Part shown: one piece after another, positions 13,276 through 25,682 of the stretch | Layout: each line of letters opens with the position of its first letter | Numbering within the stretch: the stretch's first letter is position 1 | Assembly: GCF_009914755.1 (NCBI RefSeq) | Contig: NC_060929.1 | DNA: 64,000 nucleotides | From: the human T2T-CHM13v2.0 reference genome, Homo sapiens | Direction: 5' to 3' (one strand) | Made by a program: the position numbers and the translations under genes | The notes under the pieces: generated by a model | The model's input: the letters and a program-made list of their open reading frames with translations, nothing else | What the model was told of the DNA's origin: nothing | Databases searched by the model: none

Positions 13276-14088
13276 GTGTGTGATGTGTGTGGTGTGTATG
13301 ATGTGTGCATTTGTGTGGTTTGTGATGTGTGTGTCATGTGTGTGGTGTGTATGTGTGTTTATCTGTGTATATGGATGTGTCTATGTGTTTGTGTCTCTGT
13401 GTGTGTGCCTGTGTGTCTGTGTCTGTGTGTGTCTGTGTATGCCTGCATGTGTCTGTGTCTATGTTTGTGTCTGTGTATGTATCTGTGTGCATGTGTGTGT
13501 ATGTGTATGTGTGTGTGCCTGTATGCTGTGTATGTGCCTGTGTATGTGTCTGTGTGTGTCTGTGTGTCTGCGTGCATGCCTGTATGGTATATATGTATGT
13601 GCCCGTGTGTGTGTGTGTGCATGCCTGTGTGATGTGTGTCTGTGTGTGTGAGTGTCTGCATGAGTGTCTCTGTGTGTGTGCATGCCTGTATGGTGTGTGT
13701 CTGTTTATGTGTGAGTGTCTGCGTGTGTGTCTGTGTGTGTGTGTGCATGCTTGTATGGTGTGTGTCTGTGTATGTGTGAGTGTCTGTGTGTGTCTGTGTG
13801 TGCGCACCTGTACGGTGTGTGTGTCTGTGTGTGTGCATGTATGGTGTGTGTCTGTGCATGTGAGAGTGTGTGTGTCTGTGTGTGTGTGCATGCCTGTATG
13901 GTATGTGTCTGTGTATGTGTGTCTGTGTATATGTGTGTATGTGCATGCCTTATGGTGTGTGTCTGTGTGTGTGTGTGTCTGTGTGAGTGTGTGTGTCTGT
14001 GTGTGCATGCCTGTATGGTGTGTGTCTGTGTGTGTGTGTCTGTGCATCCCTTTGGTGTGTGTTTGTGTATGTGTGTCTGTGTGTGTGT
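13276..14088 (+). repeat. Long compound (TG)n-rich microsatellite (~810 bp)
   Basis: Near-continuous TG with a recurring GTGTGCATGCCTGTATGGTGTGTGTCT sub-motif. Confidence 0.97.
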
Positions 14089-14282
14089 GATACGTTTGTC
14101 TTCCTTTAATGTTGTCCTTGGTCCCTGATGCTGCAGGAATAATGAAGCACACAAATCTTGGAAATGACTTAAGAGCGGATTTGAAGCCATGAGTAATACG
14201 GAAATGGAAATCAAAGGCCACTTAACGGTTGTTTCAGCTAAAGAAATTAAATATGGTTTTTAGGGGAGAAAACAATTGTTTG

Positions 14283-14388
14283 GTGGTTAAAGTCATGAGC
14301 TCTGGAGTGAGTCCATGGCCTTGAACCCCAGCCCCATTCATTATAGGTTGTAAATCACCGTGCCTCAGTTTCCTCGCCTGTCAAATGC
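14283..14388 (+). mobile_element. MIR fragment
   Basis: GAGCTCTGGAGT...TTGAACCCCAGC...GTGCCTCAGTTTCCTCGCCTGTCAAATG is the MIR core. Confidence 0.7.
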
Positions 14389-15809
14389 TGCGCCGGGAAT
14401 TCACGGAGCATTTCGTCCTTGATTGATGGCAGTGGTTGATGATGTTTTCTATTTTAAAAAGGACACGCCAAAGGACAGTGGAGTTAGATAAGCAAAGCAG
14501 AAGCCCCAGAGTGGAAAGACTCTGAGCGGGCAGGGAAGAGCTTCCAGGAAAAAGTGAGGAGACCTCAGCTGAAACAAGATTTGAAAGCCTCTGTTCCTTT
14601 TGCCATCCTGCGGACTCCGAGACGCCTCTTACTCCGGTGACGCCGTATCCAGGAGTACTGAGCAGGCTGCTGAGGTTCCGTCAGGTAAGTCACGATTCTT
14701 TATTGAAATTCCTGCTTTCCTTTGATGCCATTTCTTTCACACCTGTTTAATTTATTTAGACCTCGGGCTCATGGATTAGGGCTAATTTTCTCCGTTGACC
14801 CTAAACGTTAAAGCGCGATCATGTTACCCTTTTTGCAGAAATCAAGTTTCTTTTTCTTTCTTTTTTTAATTTTGAGAATCTCAGATCCTTTGTGCTCTAT
14901 TATTCCTGGCCTCCACAAGCTTCTTAGAGTGCAACGAAGAAATATGCTTATGAAGAATCACTTTACCATCCCCTGAAATCAAGCCATTTTGAGGGTGGGG
15001 GGAGGCTGTTCAAGAGACTTACTAGCGCATGAGACACAATGTACCATTGACGCTGCAATCGCGGCTCCACGGCGGCTGGAATGCAATTAACTGAGCTGGA
15101 AGGCGTCCAGCATGCGCTCTCCTCTCGTGAAGAAAAGCTCTGTGCAACCTTCATGACCACGTCAGATTGGACCCTTGGTTTCACATCTCAGGAGAAAGAG
15201 ACCCTCCTCTCCTCGGGCACTGGCTCAGAACTGGGAAGAGTGAAGAGGGAAGAGGCTGCGTACAGGACCTGATGTGGCTGAGCCTCTTCTGGGGCAGAAG
15301 GCTCCTACCACGTCCCTGTCTGGAGATGGACTCAAGGAACCTATAGAATGGTGGAATCTCGGTGTCTTTGCTCAGGCTCCTGTCCCATCATTGTGTTGTC
15401 TTCAGTGTTTATTCCATCTCTGTGTCTGTGTGGAAATCTATAGAGATGGCTGTGGCTGACCTCATACATTAGAAGACAGGAAAATGGAAGTGGCACAGCA
15501 AGTAACTTAGAGCCGATAAACAGCCGGCAGCGCATTATGGAACATAAAATTTAAAACGCTTTCTGGGCCTCAGCTTCCTAAAGCTTCTTTGATTGTCAAA
15601 CGTCGTTACTAAGTCCAAGTTTAAGACATCTGCCGCTCTACCTTACACACCACGCACAGGCCGCAAGGCCACCGGGAAATGATGAAAACATGAATGCGGG
15701 CAGCATTGCTGTGGTGTTAACCCTACCTTTGAAAATACTTACGTTTGTGATCTGTAATTGATTATTGCTCTGGTCTGTCTGTATCCAGGTGAAGCTGTGT
15801 TTCAGGGAG

Positions 15810-16055
15810 CATGCATGTACACACACACAAGCATACATATGTACACACAAGCACACACATACACTCTGGTGCACACATGTATCCACACAAACACACATGC
15901 ACATATATGTGCGCACATGAGCATACACACCCACGTAAAACCACACAAGTGCACACACTGATGCATATATATGTACACATGCACATACTCTGGAGCACAC
16001 GTACATGCATGCACAAACACACATGAGCACATACACACACTCACAGGCACATACA
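15810..16055 (+). repeat. Degenerate (CA)n-rich repeat
   Basis: CACACA/CATACA/GCACAC motifs throughout. Confidence 0.9.
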
Positions 16056-16104
16056 GTATACTTGCTAAGAGTTGAAGCTGGGCTATGCCGCCCATGTTCG
16101 ACTA

Positions 16105-16667
16105 TCTCCAGAGAAGATAGTCCCAGTTCTCCAGAGCGGGTGGCCCCAGCCCTTTAGAGTATGTAGTCACAGTTTTCTCAAGTGGGTAATCCTAGTACGC
16201 TAGAGTGGGTAAACCTTGCTCTCTAGAGTGGGTAATCTTAGTTCTCTGGAGTGGGTAATCCCAGTTCTCTAGAGCAAGCAGTCCTAGTTCTTTAGAGTGG
16301 GCAATCCCAGTTCTCTAGAGTGGGTAATCTTAGTTCTCTAGAGTGGGTAATCTTAGTTGTCTAGAGTGGGAATCCTATTTCTCTAGAGTGGGTAATCCTA
16401 TTTCTCTAGAGTGGGTAATCCTAGTTCTCTAGAGTGGGAATCCTATTTCTCTAGAGTGGGTTATCCTAGTTCTCTAGAGTGGTAATCCTAATTTTGTAGA
16501 GTGAGCAGTCCTAGTTCTCTACAGTGAGCAATCCCAGTTCTCTAGAGTGGGTAATTCTATTTCTCTAGAGTTGGTCATCCTAGTTCTCTAGAGTAGGTAT
16601 TTCTAGTTCACTAGGGTAATTCTAGTTCTCTAGATTGGGTGGTCCCAGTTCTCTTGAGTAGATAGTC
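16105..16667 (+). repeat. 23-bp minisatellite (CTAGTTCTCTAGAGTGGGTAATC), ~24 copies
   Basis: Unit read directly; most copies carry the palindrome CTCTAGAG. Confidence 0.95.
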
Positions 16668-18027
16668 TCTGTCCCCCAAATGCTCCATGTTTGAAATTCT
16701 CTATGATTCTGGTTCTGCTGCCTGCACCACCACAGATAACAGAGCAATTGTAACATTCACATTGGCCTTGTCAACAATTGGTTAGGGGATGAGGAAGCCA
16801 GACTTCTGCGGACAGCTGAGAGGCAGACGCAAGCTTGCTTTGGGGAGAAATAAGGGAGTCTCTGGCCCCACAAGTGTGGATGAAGACACACTGAGGACCC
16901 CCACCCCACACTCAGACTTTCAGGACTCACAGGGGTGGAGCCCAGGCAACCAGCATCTGTGCTTCTTATGATCTGAGTCAGATTTTCTAGAGGCTTATTC
17001 TAGTTAGGGTTGAGATTTTTTCCCTTGCTGAGATTATTTTAACTGACCAAGTTAGCGCTTTATAGAGAGCCATTCATTCAAATAGGCCATGAGAATTATT
17101 GAAGGTATGAGCTCTTCACCAATGATTTTAAGACTTCCCACTAATATAGTGACCAGGAAAGATTCCTGTCCTAAATTCTTAGCTTTTGAAAATGACACCC
17201 TGCTTTCACTTTGGGACGGCCAGATGTGCATAGACATTGGATCTGGCATCACACTTCACAAGTGGGCTGAGGTGATGCGGACTCACAGGGAGCAGAAGAA
17301 TGGAGATGCTGCTCTTAATCGCCTGCACCAGCTGCCTTCTGTGCCCATTCCTGGGCAAGTCTCAACCTCTCTTCACACTCAGAGATGTCCTCCTGCCTCT
17401 GGGCCTTTCTGAGTCAGAGTTTTGGGAAAAAACAGGTCCCTTCCTTTCTCATGGTGGTTGAAGGACTTGGAAAGGGGTTTAACTCTCTCCACTCTACAGC
17501 ATCCTTGGGCCCCACCCAGCTGGTGAGCTCCTCTTCTGCCTGCCTGGACATCCAGCCACGTGTTTGTTTGTGGAGGGTGATGGAGCAACAGAGCGTGGCT
17601 TGGGAGTCAGGGCACCAGGTCCCAAGCCTGGAACATTCCCAGGCTGATGGCCTTGGGTAAATGGCTAAGTCTCTCTTTCTCATTTGGGATTCTGTTTCCC
17701 AGATGGATCTGTCTGGCCCTGGGGACAGTGGGAGCAGGAGGTGGGCCAGTGGGGGCAGGGTGACCTGGGTGCATTGGACGGTAGAGTGGGTTTAGGACCG
17801 AGTACGAGACTGGCTTCCCTTGGAATGGAAGTACTCCGAATGAGACCTCAGACCACGGCCTGGAAGGAATCCTCTAATACCCTGGCTTTCTAGCCAGCAA
17901 ATGGGGACACAGGAGCCAGAGGGAAGAGAGGCTTCAGAGACGAGAGTCTGAAACGTCCACTGAGAGGCCCTCCTTGGGATTGATCCAGATTCACAGAACC
18001 AGGGATGTATTGTGTTGTTATTCTTTC

Positions 18028-18333
18028 TTTTTTTTTTTTTTTTTTTTTGAGACAAAGTGTCACTCTGTCGCCCAGGTTGGAGTGCAGTGGCATGATCTCG
18101 GCTCACTGCAACCCCCATCTCCCAGCGGGTTCAAGCAATTCTCTTGCCTCAGCCTCCCAAGTTGCTAGAATTACAGGCGCCTGCCACCACGCCCAGCTAA
18201 TTTTTGTAGTTTTAGTAGAGACGGGGTTTCACCATGTTGGTCAGGCTGGTCTCAAACTCCTGACCTCAGGTGATCCACCAGCCTTGGCCACCCAAAGTGC
18301 TCAGATTACAGGCGTAAGCCACCGCGCCCAGCC
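18028..18333 (-). mobile_element. AluS (Sx/Sz-like) SINE
   Basis: Poly-T, GAGACAAAGTGTCACTCTGTCGCCCAGG...CTGACCTCAGGTGATCC...CCACCGCGCCCAGCC. Flanks share GTTATT. Confidence 0.97.
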
Positions 18334-18391
18334 GTTATTATTATTTCTGAAAGTAAACAGATGGGGGGAGTGGGTTATAATGAAGAAGCCT

Positions 18392-18773
18392 GCATGGGTT
18401 CACTCGGGCGACCACAGCAAAGGCAAAGGCAAACATACGCAGTGGCTTAAGCAACACAAATGCATTCTCTCCCAGTTATGGAGCCTGGACACCCAAGGTC
18501 ATGGGTTGATTCCTCCAGAGACCTCTCTCTCTGGCTCACAGATGGTGTCTCCTCTCTGTGTCCTCCTGTGCTTGTCCGTCTGTGCCTTCCTGTGTCTCCA
18601 TTTCTTTTTCTTTTAAGGACACCAGTGATAATGGATTAAGACCCACCCAAACAACCTCATTGAACTTAATCATTTCTTTAAAGGCCCCACCTCCAAACAC
18701 CACCACAAGCTAAGGTACTGGGGGTTAGGGCTTCCACGCATGAACTTGGCATGACACAATTCAGCCCAGAACA
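18392..18773 (-). mobile_element. MLT1 (B/C-like) MaLR LTR
   Basis: GTGGCTTAAGCAACACAAATGCATTCTCTCCCAGTT...TAAGGACACCAGTGATAATGGATTAAG...GGTACTGGGGGTTAGGGCTTC...ACACAATTCAGCCCAGAACA. Confidence 0.85.
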
Positions 18774-20397
18774 GAGCCTTATGTGTACGTGCGACAGTGT
18801 GCTCACGTCTTCTGGAGGACCCTGGGTGCCTGGCAACTGATGGGCATTCAACCAATGTTTGGATGAATTTGTAGAAGACACTTTGTTGCAGTCCTAATTG
18901 TTATAATAGTATTTGACCCAAATCTGATGTGATTTGCTTGCTTTTTTTAGTTATTTTTTAATGCTGTGGTCACAATGGTTTAATCTTCCCCGAGATCCTT
19001 TTCTGCCCTCTTTTAGAGTTTTTTCATGTCAAAACCTAAGAACAAAAGTTCAGTAAAGTGCCTCTGGTATTTACCAAAGGTAGAGGGCCCGTTGGCACGT
19101 TTCTGATTCTTTGAACCCTCTCATACCGGGCCCCCAGTACCTTGTTAAATATTTTCCCCAGTTTTAATCAAGTGGAGCATTTGCACACAGATTTTCTCTT
19201 GGCTGCTTATGTTAACTTCTCTATTTCCAGCTTCGTTTAAAGCGCAGTGCCACTAACTCATAAAATTAATTCCCATTTCGTGGGGCTGTCAGAAATGAGG
19301 ATTGTTCTGACCCCTACTTGAACTCATCAGCTGAAATGAAGTTGTTCACTGAGCTGGGGAAGACAAAGCTTGGCTCCAAGAAATTAATCAGCTCCATCAG
19401 CCCTCAGAAGAGGCCTGGAGACCGCCCCGCCACTCCGACCCTGGATAGCTCCGGATCCCGTGCGTAAATGAAAGCCATCACTCCTGGCAAGGAAGATACT
19501 AAATTATAGGCTTTTAAATTTAATTTTCTGTTTACTTGTGTTTTCGATTAGCGTGCCATGTCTCATAACGGTGGCAGTACCTTTCAGTAGTAAACACCTC
19601 CATCCTGTAGCTTGCGCTGCCCTTGTCATGAAAAGGCAAATTTGAACCAAGATCTGTTAGCAAATGAAACATGGAGTGTTTTTTTTTTAATTCCTCTGAC
19701 ACCTTAAGCAACAATAGCGAATTATTTTCTTCACAACAAAATCGATAACAGGCTTGGAAATAAAAAGTCGCCATGGGCCTGGGGCCACAGAATTTCCTGA
19801 CAGGCTCCTGAAACTATCTTCTGACCGCCGGGAGGCCGGCTGGACAGCCACTCACTCGTCTTTCCTGATTTACTCGCGGGACAGCTCCCCGGGCTAGCGA
19901 AACTCACAGGCTGGATGACAGATGGTGGCTGGAGACCCAGTGTCCCCACGCACCTTTCTCTCCATGGGACTTCTGTCATGCACACTCAGAAGGGGAAGTT
20001 TCTTCTGTTCTTGAGAGCAGAAATTAGAATTGCCCCTTCTTGGAGCATTCTGACGTTGGTGACAGCCCTCTTTGTTCCCTGCTGATGATCCCAGGTGTAG
20101 GTTTACACTTAAGCGACATTAACCGCTTTAAGAAAGAAAAGCTCCCGAGAAAGTCTTATTGATGCCTCAGACTTGAAGCGGACTGCATAAAGAGATCCCA
20201 GGGCTGACTGAGCCACGGTCCCATGGCCCCCACAGCAAGGGTTCTTTAGCACCCCAGCGGGGAGTTGGACAGGGAACCAGAGGGGTTGGAGGTCTGCAAG
20301 GCATAGAAACAACCCCCTCCAACACTTATCACCCAACAGACCAAGTGGATTCAGGAAAGCATTGGCGGGGCCGCGTGCCTGGAGGTCTCAGGACGGT

Positions 20398-20722
20398 TGT
20401 GGAGGGAGTGAGGGTCCCAGCTCAGGATGGAGGTGGAAGGAGTGAGGGTCCCAGCTCGGGATGGAGGTGGAGGGAGTGAGGGTCCCAGCTCGGGATGGAG
20501 GTGGAGGGAGTGTGGGTCCCAGCTCGGGATGGAGGTGGAGGGAGTGTGGGTCCCAGCTCGGGATGGAGGTGGAGGGAGTGAGGGTCCCAGCTTGGGATGG
20601 ATGTGGAGGGAGTGAGGGTCCCAGCTTGGGATGGATGTGGAGTGGAGGGAGTGAGGGTCCCAGCTCGGGATGGAGGTGGAGGGAGTGAGGGTCCCAGCTT
20701 GGGATGGAGGTGGAGGGAGTGA
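20398..20722 (+). repeat. 34-bp G-rich minisatellite (GGAGGTGGAGGGAGTGAGGGTCCCAGCTCGGGAT), ~9.5 copies
   Basis: Highly similar tandem units read directly. Confidence 0.97.
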
Positions 20723-21479
20723 AGTTCCCAGAGTGCCTGCAGGTGTGGGCTGGGCTCCGCAGTGGGTGCTGCCTGTGCTGCCATCTGCTCCTCTGCCCAC
20801 CTCACTGCCTCCTCTTGACCAGCCTTCTCTTTTCCCACCAGGTCCCCTCTTCTTCCCTGGAAATCCTAGCAGTGGCATAAGGGTGAGAGCAGGCTCTTAG
20901 GGAAGGGGACCCTGGCCTCATTGAAGGCTGGAAGGTGCCCATGCCGCAAACCCAGAGGGGCTGGGGAGGAACTGGAGATCACAAGCTCAGAAAGCACGGG
21001 GGGCTCAGGGGCTGGACCTACCCTCCTCAGCGGGACAGCAGGGCCCCTTGGCGCAGCCTCTCCCCTCACCTGTCCCTCTCTCTCTCTCTCTCTCTGCTGA
21101 GTGGGGCTGGCCCAGGCCCCGCACCCTTACCCCCCAGGAGGGTCCCACAGGAGTAATTTGATCCACACCTGAAGGCCCTAGAGGAGCCATGGGCAGAGGA
21201 GCAGGGGAGAGGCCGGAGGGTCTGGAAAATTATTTCCCATTTACTGGAAAATCTTCACCCTTCTTATCCTCGCTCCTCTTTCTGCCTTGGCTCCCATAGG
21301 TGAAGAAGGTGAGGACAGTGGTGCTGGACCGTGTCCCCCGGCCCTAGGAGCTGCCACTCCTGCCACCCGCAGCCTAGGTCTTCATCTCAGAGAACTCCGC
21401 AGCCAGGGCTCTCACCACGCAGGCTCCGGCCTCTGCCCTGTTCTCTGCCCACCTTCTTCTTGTAGGCAAGCGAGGTCCC

Positions 21480-21605
21480 CTCTCCAGGGTTCAGTTTCAG
21501 CGTCTGAAAATGGGCACAATAACACTCACGGCTTCCCTGGATTGCCAGGGGGTGGACAGGTCACTGAGGTCAAGCACTCAGCAATGTGCCATAGCGAGCA
21601 CTGGC
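21480..21605 (+). mobile_element. MIR fragment
   Basis: TTCAGTTTCAGCGTCTGAAAATGGGCACAATAACAC...AAGCACTCAGCAATGTGCC. Confidence 0.55.
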
Positions 21606-22855
21606 CACTGCGGCTGGGAGATCAGCTTCCTTTCCCGATTCTCAGGGTGCATGGGCGTTTGCTGAAGCTACACGTCCAGGGACTCCTTCCCACTGAGGGG
21701 TCGCGGGTGCTGTCTTGTGGGGGCAATGTTCGCTCAGACTCCATGGATGCGTGGCCAGACCCTTGTGGACCCCAGCTCTGCTGGCTTCTGATAGCAGGGC
21801 ATCGGGGAGTTAGACTGGAGCTTCATTTCCTCTTCTTTAACATGGCATTTCACGGGTGTCGTAAGCATGAGATTAGGCGAAGTTATTCCTGTGGAGTTGC
21901 TGACTCCACCCCTGGTGTGTAGTCACCGGTGCCCCTTCCTTCTCTGGGCTCAGACAGCAGCCTCAGGTGGGCTCTGACTCCTCCCAGAAGAAAACTGCCA
22001 AGGATGCCGCGCCCCCGGCTCTGGGCCCCGTGAGCCAAATTCCTGTATGGATGCTCAGGCCCTTCTATCAGTCCGCCAGACCTGGCCAGCCACTCAGGGG
22101 CCCATCTTTCCTTCGTAGAGGCACCTGGGGATTGGGAGAAGCTGGCCAATGTGCAGCATCCTCGGGGAGGACTTCCTGGCCTCCAGTGACAAGATCCCAG
22201 AGATGGGGAAGGCATTGAACACATGTGTGCTGCTGGGGAGACTGCCGCCCTGAAGCACACCTGTGTCCCTGGGGTGGGGCCATCTGGGTACTTGCTCCCC
22301 CCAGCACCATGTCTCACTCTTTTAGAATCTTTGTTCTCATTGCACTGAGATGCTTATCGGCCCTCCTCCCAGTGCCTCCAGCAACAGTGGGATTTTCCTG
22401 GCCCTGCGCTGTGGCTGCTGAGTACACGGACCCTTAGGTCCTGCCTGACCAACTCCCCTCTGCCCACCCACCCTTCGATGTCCCCAGACAGTGGCTGCTC
22501 CAGCGTCTCCCTGACCTGTCACCTTCTCTTCTTCCTCCGCCCCCAGGAGGGGCCCGGGTGGGCACCAGAGGCCTCCCCCACCAGCTTTTCAGACTGCTTC
22601 TGCGGCTGTGCTGGCTTCTGCGCAGCCTTCCCCATGCTGGAATGCCCCTCACTCTGTTGAGTGTTGAGTGCCGTGGCTGCTGCAGCAGGACCCACAGTCT
22701 GGGTGGCTCAGACAGCAGGGAGGCATGCATCCTGTCTGTGCGGGAGGCCACGGGTGCACAGGCCGGCAGGACTGGCTCCTTCTGGAGGCTCCGGGAGAGG
22801 AGCTGCCACACCTCTCCCACCTGCTGGCTCTGCCCGTGACCCTTGGGACCCTTGA

Positions 22856-23242
<387 letters not shown>

Positions 23243-23400
23243 CCACAGGGCCTTCTTATAAGGACATCATCCCTTGGATTTAGGGCTCACCTGAATCCAG
23301 GATGACTTCATCTTACCTTGATCACATCTGCCACAAATCCATTTCCAATGAAGTCATGTTCATAGGTACCTGGAGTTAGAACTGGAGTGTGTCTATTTTC
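23243..23400 (-). mobile_element. MLT1 (C/D-like) MaLR LTR fragment
   Basis: CTTCTTATAAGGACATC...TTGGATTTAGGGCTCACC...AATCCAGGATGA...CACATCTGC...ATTTCCAATGAAGTCATGTTCATAGGTACC. Confidence 0.8.
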
Positions 23401-24719
23401 CCTGAATTGGACAATTGGATCTTTTCTGGCTGTCCATCACTGCACCTCCTTCTGTTTATGTTTGTGCATCATTGTGGGAGCTGCCAAGAGAAAGCCCCCA
23501 TCTCCACATTGCCCGGGAAACCCAGCCTGTGGGACATCCTCCCAGGACTTGGGTCCAAGGAGCTAAAGAGAAGTGGGCAGGAGGCCCTTGCGGAGGTGCT
23601 CAGCGAGTCCATGGTCTGCACGTGCAGCCAGCGTGGCTCTGGGGCCTTCAGGCTGCTCCAGCAAGTCTGTGGCAATGCCCAGTGACCCTTTCTCCATGTC
23701 AGACAGTCCCAGCCCCCAGCCATGAGTAGGTGCTGGTAGCCCAGAGCCTGTCTTCCCTGTCAGCTCCCCTTCCTCAGCCTTTAGGGCCCTGCTCAGGACA
23801 GATGGGTCCAGGAGCCTTCCCTGGGAGCCGGGGGTAGACCAGAATCTTCTGTTTTGCTCCCTGAATGCACATTCCTCTGTAACTGCATTTACTGCCTTCC
23901 CTGTTGTTATCAGCACATGGCTGTGTCTCCCAGGCTGGAGGACAAGAGCCAAGCCCTCCCTATCTTTGTGCACGCATTTCCAGGGACACGAGGACCTCAC
24001 TAGGCACTTGTGAAATGAATGAATGAATGATTGAACCTCTCACAGTGTCCACGAGCGTCTGACTATCGCCATTTTCCCACCGTGGACCCAGATGGGCCTC
24101 CTGGGTAATTTTGCTGCTAAACAGTGGGAGGCAGATGCTCTCAGGCCTCCCTGGATTGCAGAAGCCCTCAATCCTTTCACCCCAGGAATGGAAGCGCTGA
24201 GAACCTGCCCTGGGTCAGAGCAGGGTAACCTCTGAGTGCAAGCGTGGCTTCCATTATTTTCATTGCTACAACTCTTCTAGAAAGGCGTCCTCATCTTTGC
24301 TTTCCACGGTCTTGGAGAGCTGGTCACCTGCATCGGTCACTGAGCTAGCGGACCTCAGAGCCGGGAGGAGCTAGGCCTGTTCAGTACAAGACACCTGCAC
24401 TCTTTCACTCTCTAGAGGCTGTGCCCTGTTCAGAACGTGGGGAAAACCCAGAGCACACATGGTGCAGGTGTCTATTCCACATATGCCTGCCATTGCAGCC
24501 TGTCCACAGACACCTGGGCCAGCTCCCCAGCTGACACCTCCACCCTGATGTTTGCCCTACGCCTGGTACAGGGGGCTTCATTCTCCCCCAGCCCAGGGCA
24601 TCTGCACCTTTCTGCAGGATTCGGAAGCAGCACGCCATCAAGACTGCATTTTTCACAACTACCGACAAAATGCGAGGTGGCAAAACTGTTAACCATGGTG
24701 ATATCTTTCCAGTAGATTA

Positions 24720-25210
24720 AAAGGAAAAATGAGATTTTTATTATATAACAAAAATTAAAACACTTAATCTATGTATATTTCATTTCTGTGGAGCAGGTGC
24801 AATTCAATTGAACAGCATTCTCTTTTCTCACTCCCTATAACTTGCCCACCAGCTGTGGCTATTACTACTTTGTGCAAAAAATAAGGAATTGTAAATAATG
24901 TATTTTCCCATAACAAAACCCAATGCAATTGACTTATGTATTTATTCTATTTTCATAACTTATACATTCTATGATATAATTATATGCAATTAACCTTGTC
25001 ATGTTATATTTAATTAAATTGATTACATATTCAAAATAACATAAATATTAATATAGCAAATATATTAATATTTAGAAAATAATACATTACATATAGTTAA
25101 ACATATTGTATTATAATTAATTATGTATTAGATGTTATATTTCTAAAATGCTTTATAAAATGTGATATACAAGAATGTATACTATGTGATTATATGATTT
25201 ATGAATTATT
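24720..25210. repeat. AT-rich low-complexity block
   Basis: Strongly AT/TA-rich (ATATTAATATAGCAAATATATTAATATTTAG...) amid GC-richer sequence. Confidence 0.7.
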
Positions 25211-25344
25211 ACTTACTTTGCAATTCCAATCCCCTGTGTACAGATGCTACACTTCCTGTTCCTGTTGACATAAAGATCTGGTGTTTGCCCTCAGCAGAGG
25301 AGGGGCAGAATCTGCCTGGTATTGTCTGTTCCTGTGTTTCCCAC

Positions 25345-25682
25345 TCTCCTCTCTTCCCAGCTTCTTCTCTGCAGCTCCTCACTCCCAGCTTCTCCCTTCA
25401 GCTTCTTCCCCTCCACTTTCTCCCTCCCCAGCTTCTCCCCACTCCAGCTTCTCCCCAACCTTCTCCCTTCCACCTTCCCCTTCTCCACCTTCTCCCTCTC
25501 CTGCTTCTTGCTCCCAGCTTCTCCCCTCAGCTTCTTTACCTCCACCTTCTCCCTCCCCAGCTTCTCCCCACCCCAACCTTCTCCCTTTCCACCTTCTCCC
25601 TCTCCAGCTGCTCACTCCCAGATTCTCCCCTCAGCTTCTTTCCCTCCACCTTCATCCTCTCCAGCTTCTCACTCCCAGCTCC
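25345..25682 (+). repeat. Pyrimidine-rich degenerate minisatellite (CAGCTTCTCCC / CACCTTCTCCC)
   Basis: Recurring CTTCTCCC(C/T) units. Confidence 0.9.

Noticed and set aside
12434-14221. Long ORFs of 163-295 aa (PAQH-, CV-, HT-rich)
   Set aside because: Translations of the 15-bp VNTR and TG microsatellite; stop-free by composition.
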